From the NCBI GenBank assembly GCA_031416075.1, contig JANOSY010000017.1:135388-199387 (forward strand): 64,000 bases of DNA, given 5' to 3'. The notes under the pieces are model-generated. The model saw only the letters and a list, made by a program, of their open reading frames with translations. It was not told the DNA's origin and ran no database searches. Every line of letters starts with the position of its first letter. Within the stretch, counting starts at the first letter, position 1. Position numbers and translations under genes: made by a program. Positions 1-9,053 of this stretch are shown piece by piece. Origin of the DNA: Candidatus Tenderia sp. GTDB lineage: Bacteria > Pseudomonadota > Gammaproteobacteria > Tenderiales > Tenderiaceae.

Positions 1-383
1 GTGGCGAACAGTTCCGCCAGGGACTGCTGCGCCAGAGCCTGAAGATATTCCGTTCCAATCGCATCATCTGGGGCGAACACGCCAATCTAAAAGGGAGTGA
101 TCGACTGCTAAGTTCAGCGGCCGGGTTGCGCGGCCAGCCGGTCTTTGCCACCTTTGTGATTGCTGCGGGCGCGATACCACCAGAGCTACTGGAGCAGTGT
201 CGCGCCGTTAGCGCACCTGGTGATGGCGCCACCTGCGTTACCGCGCTGCCAGAGATTTTTGTCGGCCGTTACCTGGGCCGCAGCACACAATCAGCACGGC
301 TCTATTTTGAAGCGCTCTGGGCGCTGTTGCGCCCCTGGTATGCAGGCATGGCCGCACAGCGGCCGCGCATCTGGAACACATAA
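1..383 (+). CDS. ureD: Urease accessory protein UreD (5'-truncated by window edge)
   Basis: Frame is open from base 3 (GEQFRQGLLRQSL...) and ends in the UreD-type ...LWALLRP...RPRIWNT, directly upstream of ureA. Confidence 0.9.
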   Translation, partial: GEQFRQGLLRQSLKIFRSNRIIWGEHANLKGSDRLLSSAAGLRGQPVFATFVIAAGAIPPELLEQCRAVSAPGDGATCVTALPEIFVGRYLGRSTQSARLYFEALWALLRPWYAGMAAQRPRIWNT

Positions 384-453
384 GGAACCACTGATTAATT
401 CCTCCGCTCATGGTTCGACAAGCTCACCACGAGCGGAATTAATCAGTGACACC
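384..453. mobile_element. Small MITE-like element with terminal inverted repeats enclosing one REP-like hairpin
   Basis: CACTGATTAATTCC (389-402) and GGAATTAATCAGTG (435-448) form a perfect inverted repeat; the interior 404-436 belongs to the TTCGACA(A/G)GCTCA repeat family. Confidence 0.7.
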
Positions 454-487
454 GCAACTCTAATGCATGAATTAAGGACTAACACCG

Positions 488-790
<303 letters not shown>

Positions 791-800
791 GGAGTGCGCC

Positions 801-1106
801 ATGATCCCCGGAGAGATAATTACCCAGTCAGGCGAGATCGAACTCAACGCCGGACGGCAGACAATCGAGATCGACGTTTCAAACAGTGGTGACCGCCCGA
901 TTCAAGTTGGATCGCACTACCACTTTGCCGAGACCAACGACGCACTCAGTTTTGATCGCCAGCAGGCACACGGCTACCGCCTCGACATCGCCGCCGGAAC
1001 CGCCATCCGTTTTGAACCGGGCATGACCCGCCGCGTGCAACTGGTCGCGCTCGCGGGCGAACGCAAGGTATTTGGTTTTCAGGGACGGGTGATGGGGCCG
1101 CTTTGA
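801..1106 (+). CDS. ureB: Urease beta subunit
   Basis: MIPGE...[15 protein letters not shown]...[15 protein letters not shown]; ATG at 801 after GAGGAG. Confidence 0.98.
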   Translation: MIPGEIITQSGEIELNAGRQTIEIDVSNSGDRPIQVGSHYHFAETNDALSFDRQQAHGYRLDIAAGTAIRFEPGMTRRVQLVALAGERKVFGFQGRVMGPL

Positions 1107-1161
1107 AACACCCGAATAACCTGGCGATAGAATAAACCTGTGTGTGAGAAAAATATCAGAC

Positions 1162-1653
1162 ATGAAATTTGAAATTGACATCGCAGACCTTTTAAAAATT
1201 GATGATATCGAGCTATCAGAACTTCTGACACAGGTCTATGTCGCTGGTGGATTCATGGAGCCTGACGAGGCGATTACGCTTTTAGAACCGTCCGCTGTCA
1301 GAAAACGTGGGATGGTAATCGGTGCTCGTGAAACGAAACATCATAAATTGGCTGGTATTGTTATTGTTGTTCCGCCAGATTCGCCGGCCCGACGCATGGC
1401 AAAAAACAGTGAGGCGGAAATGCATCTATTAGGGGTCAAGCCAGAATACAGAGGACATGGTCTCGGTCGAATGCTTATTGAAGCAGTCATTGATAAGGTT
1501 AAACAGAACAACTTCTCAAAGATTATTTTGTGGACGCAGTTTTCCATGACATCCGCCCAGAAGTTATATGAGGCAGCGGGATTCACTCATATAGATGACA
1601 TGCAGAGAAATGGCCGTAGCTTCAAAGTTTATGAGCTGGTGCTTGGTGGCTAA
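1162..1653 (+). CDS. GNAT family N-acetyltransferase inserted between ureB and ureC
   Basis: Acetyl-CoA motif LGVKPEYRGHGLGRML and AQKLYEAAGF; more AT-rich than the ure genes; start could also be GTG 1144. Confidence 0.9.
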   Translation: MKFEIDIADLLKIDDIELSELLTQVYVAGGFMEPDEAITLLEPSAVRKRGMVIGARETKHHKLAGIVIVVPPDSPARRMAKNSEAEMHLLGVKPEYRGHGLGRMLIEAVIDKVKQNNFSKIILWTQFSMTSAQKLYEAAGFTHIDDMQRNGRSFKVYELVLGG

Positions 1654-1755
1654 TAGCATCAGCGCGGATAACATTTAGATCTTGTTGGATGCCAAACGGG
1701 TAATCAAGCTGCATCATTAAAAATTGGCACCACACACTTTAGGGGAGCACTGTTT

Positions 1756-3459
<1,704 letters not shown>

Positions 3460-3470
3460 TGTTGCCGCTG

Positions 3471-3920
3471 ATGTTACAGATCACAGAACGTTTAACCTCT
3501 GGCGAGCAGCATGACGACCGACTGATACTGCCGTTTGACCGACGCCAGAAGAGCCGCTTGCGGGTTACGCTGGAGTCTGGCACCGAGGCCGGGCTGTTCC
3601 TGGCGCGTGGCACCCTGTTACGCGGCGGTGACCGGTTGCGCGGCGACGACGGCCGCATCGTGCTGATCGTAGCCGCAGACGAACCTGTGATGCGTATCAC
3701 TGCCACAACCACACACCAGCTGATGTGTGCTACCTACCACCTCGGCAATCGCCATGTCCCGCTCCAGATTGGCGAGGGGTGGCTGATACTCGAACAGGAC
3801 CACGTCCTGCAAGAGATGTTGTTAGGGCTAGGTGTGACGGTCACCTATCAAAACGCGCCTTTTGAACCCGAGGCAGGTGCCTATGGCGGCGGACATCGTC
3901 ATCATCAGGATGGCGATTAA
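3471..3920 (+). CDS. ureE: Urease accessory protein UreE
   Basis: RQKSRLR, YHLGNRHVPLQI, PFEPEAGAYGGGHRHH; start could also be 3459. Confidence 0.97.
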   Translation: MLQITERLTSGEQHDDRLILPFDRRQKSRLRVTLESGTEAGLFLARGTLLRGGDRLRGDDGRIVLIVAADEPVMRITATTTHQLMCATYHLGNRHVPLQIGEGWLILEQDHVLQEMLLGLGVTVTYQNAPFEPEAGAYGGGHRHHQDGD

Positions 3921-3955
3921 AAATCCGCACCCAAAGCACCATGTGGAGCAGGTTT

Positions 3956-4050
3956 TTCGTGGCGAAATTGTCGAACCATAGACGGAGGACGATTAACGTC
4001 ACCAGCCCTTCGACAGGCTCAGGGCGAGCGGAGGATTTATTCAGAGGTTC
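3956..4050. repeat. Degenerate REP doublet with one MITE terminus
   Basis: TTCGTGGCGAAATTGTCGAACCATAGACGG (3956-3985) faces GCCCTTCGACAGGCTCAGGGCGAGCGG (4005-4031); GGATTTATTCAGAGGTTC (4033-4050) resembles the terminal repeat of the 384-453 element. Confidence 0.6.
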
Positions 4051-4063
4051 GTTAAAAATTATT

Positions 4064-4246
4064 TATGCGGCTGTCATCATGATCAAAGGACAGCTAAAGA
4101 TCGAGCCGTGCGGTTGCCATCTTCATGATCAAGGAACGATTAAAAATCCAATCGTGCAGTGGCCATCGTTGTTATCAGGAGACGGACAAAAATCATCATC
4201 AAGAGAATGTTAAAAGCTGTCATTATCAGAAGGCACCCAATAATCC
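4064..4246 (+). repeat. Degenerate tandem array (about 5 copies) of the ureE 3' end
   Basis: GCGGTTGCCATCTTCATGATCAAGGAACGATTAAAAATCC (4110-4149) aligns to GCGGCGGACATCGTCATCATCAGGATGGCGATTAAAAATCC (3886-3926); further copies start near 4064, 4156, 4193 and 4219. Confidence 0.75.
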
Positions 4247-4277
4247 GTTCGTCCTGAGCCTGTCGAAGGATGAACGG
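4245..4277. repeat. REP-like palindrome, left flank of GIY-YIG gene
   Basis: CCGTTCGTCCTGAGCCTGTCGAAGGATGAACGG; inverted copy at 4574-4606 (31/33 identical). Confidence 0.85.
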
Positions 4278-4300
4278 ATTAACTAAAAAGGATAAACAAA

Positions 4301-4666
4301 ATGTTTTGGGTCTACATTCTCCGCTGTGCCGACGGCAGCTATTACACAGGGCACACCGACAATCTTGAAAGACGAATGGGACAATACCTGGCCGGAGAGT
4401 GTGAGGGCTATGTCTCAACACGTCGTCCAGTGGAACTTGCCTGGTCGCAGGAGTGTGTCACCAGAGAAGAGGCCTTAACCGCTGAGATGCAGATCAAAGG
4501 ATGGAGCCGTAAGAAAAAAGAGGCCATGATGCGCAGCGACTGGACGGAAGTTTCTCATTTAGCAAAAAGTAAATCGTCCATCCTTCGACAGGCTCAGGAC
4601 GAACGGCCTGCCTCACGTAGTGCTTTGGGTACGGATTTAACTCTGCTGCGGAGTAATAAAAGTTGA
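4301..4666 (+). CDS. Small GIY-YIG nuclease (YhbQ/UPF0213-like); C-terminus extended by read-through into the REP
   Basis: FWVYILRCADGSYYTGHTDNLERR...EALTAEMQIKGWSRKKKEA; the tail ILRQAQDER is translated REP sequence. Confidence 0.9.
   Translation: MFWVYILRCADGSYYTGHTDNLERRMGQYLAGECEGYVSTRRPVELAWSQECVTREEALTAEMQIKGWSRKKKEAMMRSDWTEVSHLAKSKSSILRQAQDERPASRSALGTDLTLLRSNKS
4574..4606. repeat. REP-like palindrome, right flank of GIY-YIG gene
   Basis: TCGTCCATCCTTCGACAGGCTCAGGACGAACGG is the reverse complement of 4245-4277 with 2 mismatches. Confidence 0.85.
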
Positions 4667-4733
4667 TTAGCCACTATTTTCATATTGCATCTCAATGCAG
4701 ATGCCCTGCATCCACAATTACGGTCGCACCATC

Positions 4734-5435
4734 ATGATTGATTCACTCGCACTCGCCCGACTGTTACAACTGGCCAGCCCGATGTTGCCGGTGGGCGCCT
4801 ACAGCTACTCCCAAGGTTTGGAGTGGGCCATTGAAGAGGGCACGGTGTACGACGCCGCCACTGCCGAGCAGTGGATCGGTGATGTGCTCGAATTTTCACT
4901 CGGCAGCTTTGAACTGCCGTTGCTGTGGCGCATGTGTCACGCCTGGCAGTTGCAGGATCAACAACAGATCAACCACTGGAACGATTTTTTCTGTGCCGGA
5001 CGCGAGACCGCCGAGTCCCATGCCGAAACATTGCAGATGGGTTATTCACTGCGGCGGCTGCTCAATTCACTAGAGTCGTTGGAATCCATTGGTGAAGGGC
5101 AAACATCACCACTGCAACAGCTGCAAGAGATCTCGCCAATCAGCTTCCCCACCGCCTACGCCTGCGCCGTGGCCAGTTGGAAAATCCCGATTGACGCAGC
5201 GCTGCAAGCCTACGCCTGGTCGTGGCTCGAAAATCAGATCAGCGCCGCTATAAAAACTATTCCGCTGGGGCAAACCGATGGTCAGCGCACCCTATTTGCA
5301 TTGGCAGGACGCCTGCCGCAATTGATAACACACGCCTGCATACTTGAAGACGATGAGATCAGCAACTTCGCTCCCGGCCTCACCTTTGCCGGATGCCGCC
5401 ACGAGACTCAATACAGCCGTCTATTTAGATCATAG
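4734..5435 (+). CDS. ureF: Urease accessory protein UreF
   Basis: LLQLASPMLPVGAYSYSQGLE...PLGQTDGQ...HETQYSRLFRS. Confidence 0.98.
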   Translation: MIDSLALARLLQLASPMLPVGAYSYSQGLEWAIEEGTVYDAATAEQWIGDVLEFSLGSFELPLLWRMCHAWQLQDQQQINHWNDFFCAGRETAESHAETLQMGYSLRRLLNSLESLESIGEGQTSPLQQLQEISPISFPTAYACAVASWKIPIDAALQAYAWSWLENQISAAIKTIPLGQTDGQRTLFALAGRLPQLITHACILEDDEISNFAPGLTFAGCRHETQYSRLFRS

Positions 5436-5500
5436 ATTTTCAGGAATTGTAACTGTTCAGAACTTGTCTGACATTGAGTTAAACCACTGGCCAATATGAT

Positions 5501-5534
5501 GTAGAGTGGATTAGCGTTTTTTGCGTAATTCACC
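5501..5534 (+). repeat. Degenerate GTAG-type REP
   Basis: GTAG followed by an imperfect palindrome GTGGATTAGCG-TTTTTT-GCGTAATTCAC. Confidence 0.6.
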
Positions 5535-5638
5535 AAGCGTGCGAAGCACTCCAGCTATTTTTTAGCCGTGCTTTATCAAGGCAGAAAGATAAAGATGTTG
5601 AATAGTTAAAAACTGTTTTATTAAAGGAAAATACAGTG

Positions 5639-6253
5639 ATGAGAAGAGAGACCCTACGCATCGGCATCGGTGGTCCGGTTGGTTCCGGCAAAACCGCACT
5701 GACACTTGCGCTCTGCCAGCAGCTGCGCCAGCGCTACAACATCGCCGTAGTCACCAACGACATCTATACCAAAGAGGATGCTGAATTCCTCACACGTAAC
5801 GAGGCGTTGGCGCCAGAACGCATCATCGGCGTTGAGACCGGCGGCTGCCCACACACCGCCATTCGTGAAGATGCCTCCATGAATCTGGAGGCGGTGGATC
5901 AACTCTGTCGTCGCTTTGAAGGGTTGGAGATCGTCTTCATCGAGAGTGGTGGCGACAACCTGGCCGCCACCTTCAGCCCCGAACTCTCCGATCTGACTAT
6001 TTATGTAATCGACGTCTCGGCAGGCGAAAAGATTCCACGCAAGGGCGGCCCCGGAATCACCAAGTCAGACCTGCTGGTGATTAATAAAATTGATCTGGCC
6101 CCCTACGTTGGCGCTTCACTCGAGGTGATGGATCGCGACGCCAAACGCATGCGCGGCGAACGGCCATTCTTTTTCAGCAACCTTAAAACCGGCCAGGGGT
6201 TGGATGAGATTATTAAGTTCATTGAAGCCGAAGGGCTGATGGTAGCTCGATAG
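5639..6253 (+). CDS. ureG: Urease accessory GTPase UreG
   Basis: [10 protein letters not shown]-loop, ETGGCPH, ESGGDNL, INKIDL. Confidence 0.99.
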   Translation: MRRETLRIGIGGPVGSGKTALTLALCQQLRQRYNIAVVTNDIYTKEDAEFLTRNEALAPERIIGVETGGCPHTAIREDASMNLEAVDQLCRRFEGLEIVFIESGGDNLAATFSPELSDLTIYVIDVSAGEKIPRKGGPGITKSDLLVINKIDLAPYVGASLEVMDRDAKRMRGERPFFFSNLKTGQGLDEIIKFIEAEGLMVAR

Positions 6254-6288
6254 CGCGGCAAAAAACTCCGCACCTTCAGCTATGTTGA

Positions 6289-6735
6289 TCACTCCCCAAT
6301 TTCTGGTTCAACAAGTTTTGCGAGTGCGGCAAGCGACTCCTGCCAACCGAGGTAACACATCTCGACGGGGATGACGTCAGGGATGCCCGCCTGCACCACA
6401 TTCAACTCAGTGCCACAGGAGACCTGTTTCAAAGAGACCGTCACCTCTATCACGCTAGGAAGATTTGGGTCCTCGAATTTATCTGTATAGCGAATCAATT
6501 CGTTTGGCACCAGCTCCAAGTATTCACCGCCGAAGGAGTGGCTCTTTTGGGTAGTGAAGTTTGTAAACGACATCCTGAATGACCCGCCAACCTTGGCATC
6601 CATATGATGCACGGTGCAGGTAAAACCGTTTGGAGGAATCCACTTGGCCATGGCATCGGCATTGAGGAATGCACGATAAACCCGCTCCGGCGGTGAACGC
6701 AAAACACGATGCAGACGAACAGTGTTGGTGGCCAT
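6289..6735 (-). CDS. SRPBCC/AHSA1 domain protein
   Basis: MATNTVRLHRVLRSPPERVYRAF...DAKVGGSFRMSF...CYLGWQESL. Confidence 0.9.
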   Translation of the reverse strand: MATNTVRLHRVLRSPPERVYRAFLNADAMAKWIPPNGFTCTVHHMDAKVGGSFRMSFTNFTTQKSHSFGGEYLELVPNELIRYTDKFEDPNLPSVIEVTVSLKQVSCGTELNVVQAGIPDVIPVEMCYLGWQESLAALAKLVEPEIGE

Positions 6736-6884
6736 GATTTTTCTCTCCTTTTGTTGTTGGGTTTCAGAATCTGTTTCGACACAGGACTTAAAGATATTAC
6801 CTTGCACCTTTAAGCGCCAGAAGTTCACGACAACTGCCTATCCTGTACAGCATGAATGGTTAACATTCGGATCATAATCGTTTG

Positions 6885-7574
6885 TTAAATATGGCACTCA
6901 TTGCTCAATAGCGACCTTATATCAACCGCATATTTCTGATAAGAATTCCAACCAAGTATCGAACAAATATTTGACGAATATGAAGTAATAGACTCTCTTT
7001 CAAGATCAAACGCAGGATCATTAAAATCTCCATAGTCATGATTGGTTGCCAGCGCTTTAAATATATTACGACTTATAATTCTCAGGCCACTTTTATCATC
7101 GAAGTGGTTATACTGGTTGCGCCCTGCATAAATAACGAGGCCTAAAGGCACACCCCTAACAACCCTGCCAAATGCAAATTTTTTTATTATATTTATTGCA
7201 TTGGATTTACTTTTTTCACCATTACAACCATGGCACAGATATAATAAGAAATCGTCGAACTTGCTGTTAATGGCATGCAGTTCAATTCCTTTAAACGCTA
7301 TTTGTAAAATCGAACCTGAAATAACATGCATCGAAAACAAGCTGGCTTGATACTCTTCTCTCGCATACTTGGCGACCTCGAATTCTTGCCGCACTTCTGG
7401 CCTTGACCTCCACTCCTCATATTTTTTTTCAAATTCTCCTTCCTTGCCGTTATGGCGAAACACCGCTACAGGAGGAATGCTCATTCCGATTAAGCCCCTG
7501 TAATAATCAATAGACTCAAACATGCTTTTTACTGCATGCTCAGTTTGATCTATGTATTGTTCTGAGCTGATCAT
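6885..7574 (-). CDS. Hypothetical protein, AT-rich (probably horizontally acquired)
   Basis: 229-aa ORF with markedly lower GC than its neighbours; motif IYAGRNQYNHF. Confidence 0.75.
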   Translation of the reverse strand: MISSEQYIDQTEHAVKSMFESIDYYRGLIGMSIPPVAVFRHNGKEGEFEKKYEEWRSRPEVRQEFEVAKYAREEYQASLFSMHVISGSILQIAFKGIELHAINSKFDDFLLYLCHGCNGEKSKSNAINIIKKFAFGRVVRGVPLGLVIYAGRNQYNHFDDKSGLRIISRNIFKALATNHDYGDFNDPAFDLERESITSYSSNICSILGWNSYQKYAVDIRSLLSNECHI

Positions 7575-7638
7575 TTCAATTTTCTCTTAACAGATAATCG
7601 CCTCAAAAGCGGGGCAATCAAACATCCCACTTTTTTAG

Positions 7639-7680
7639 GTGGCAATCTGGAATATATACTCGGCTCTCGCATGAATGACA
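7639..7680. repeat. Decayed CGTC-type palindromic repeat remnant
   Basis: Minus strand TGTCATTCATGCGAGAGCCGAGTAT...GATTGCCAC resembles GTCATTCCCGCGAAAGCGGGAATC-type repeats. Confidence 0.35.
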
Positions 7681-7865
7681 AAAAAAACTTAGCCGCGCAT
7701 AAAACACCGACACATCAACGGGGCATGTATTTAATTCTGGTGTTTTTGTCTGGTCTCTTACTTCAATGTCGCCGAATCGTGAAACACCAACAATCCAAAA
7801 CCTTCCTTTCTCAACCTTGATCACACTGCTCACCGCAGAAATCGCCACTTCACCCACAACAGTGC

Positions 7866-8858
7866 TCATCTAACCTGTCGTGTCATCACCCGCTCCTCCA
7901 ACAATCGCCGCAGCGGCTGCAACTCCGGCACCCGCTGCACCACTTCCAACACATATTCCATGATGCGTGGAATATCTTGCAGATAGCCGGGTTTGCCGTC
8001 GCGGATGTTGAGGCGGGCGAAGATGCCGAGCACTTTGAGGTGGCGTTGCACGCCCATCAGATCAAACCATTGCAGCAGCTGTTGCTGGCTTTCGCCTGCG
8101 TTGACGCCTGCGGTCATTGCTTGTTGGCGATACTGCGCGACCCATGCCTCTACACGTTGACGTGGCCAGGCGATGTAACAATCTTTGAGTAGTGAGACGA
8201 GGTCATAACTGACCGGGCCGATCACGGCGTCCTGAAAGTCGAGCACGCCGGGGTTGTGTTGGGTGGTGAGCATGAGGTTGCGTGAGTGGTAGTCGCGATG
8301 GACCCAGACGTAGGGTTGTTGCAGTGACTGTTGCGTCAACCACTCCAGCACTTCATCCAGCGCGTGCTGTTGTTCTGCGGTCAATCTGATTTGCAGATGT
8401 TTTTCCAGGAACCACTCCTGGAACAGCGCCATCTCGCGCATCAATAAAGCATGGTCGTAACGTGGCAGCGCTGCGTCGGTGAGTTTGCCGTTGGCCTGTA
8501 GCTGTACCAGGGCGGTGATTGCGTCGCCGTAGAGTTGATCTGCACTCTGCTCATTCAGGGCGGGTAGGTATTGCTGATGGCCCAGATCACTCAGCAGCAA
8601 AAATCCTTGCGTCAGATCCTGCTCCAGCACTACCGGCACGTTGAGGCCATAATCCGCCATGGCCGCTGAGATCTTGATGAAGGGGCCGCAATCCTCTTTC
8701 TCTGGCGGCGCATCCATGACGATGTGGCTCGTGCCCGGCAGCGTTATCCGGAAGTAGCGCCGGAAACTGGCGTCGCTGGAGGCGGGGGCGATCTGGGCAC
8801 CACTGATACCGAGTGTCTGCTCTACCCAAACGGTTAACTGTTCCAATCTTCTGTCCAT
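7866..8858 (-). CDS. amgK: MurNAc/GlcNAc anomeric kinase (APH family)
   Basis: ASSDASFRRYFR, VMDAPP, HRDYHSRNLM, DFQDA, QRHLKVLGIFARL; divergent from lptD. Confidence 0.9.
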   Translation of the reverse strand: MDRRLEQLTVWVEQTLGISGAQIAPASSDASFRRYFRITLPGTSHIVMDAPPEKEDCGPFIKISAAMADYGLNVPVVLEQDLTQGFLLLSDLGHQQYLPALNEQSADQLYGDAITALVQLQANGKLTDAALPRYDHALLMREMALFQEWFLEKHLQIRLTAEQQHALDEVLEWLTQQSLQQPYVWVHRDYHSRNLMLTTQHNPGVLDFQDAVIGPVSYDLVSLLKDCYIAWPRQRVEAWVAQYRQQAMTAGVNAGESQQQLLQWFDLMGVQRHLKVLGIFARLNIRDGKPGYLQDIPRIMEYVLEVVQRVPELQPLRRLLEERVMTRQVR

Positions 8859-9053
8859 TGTGACCCTTTGTGACTGCTTTGCTGAACGACCTAGCCCCCG
8901 TTTGCCGCTGAAAAACGGGTATACTTGCCAACCTTATATATGAACATCAGCGTGTGGGCCTGACCATTTATGAATTCTGTAGTAAGTTACGATAAAACCC
9001 GTGATTGTGCCATCTCTTCACTTGACTTCCGCAGCTGCTGACAGCATCTGTCG

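Noticed and set aside
1645-1695. attC site after the GNAT gene (GGCTAAT...GTTGGAT)
   Set aside because: Too short for an attC, no L-box complementarity, and better explained as the ureB echo.
4064-4246. CRISPR array
   Set aside because: The units are degenerate, abut each other without unique spacers, derive from ureE, and no cas genes are present.
3941-4421. ORFs 3941-4213 (+) and 4140-4421 (-)
   Set aside because: They translate REP sequence (SPSTGSG, ILRQAQDER), the ureE echo array or the antisense of the GIY-YIG gene; not credible genes.
7618-7869. 83-aa ORF after amgK
   Set aside because: Made of amgK echoes and a decayed repeat (CHSCES); no recognisable domain.
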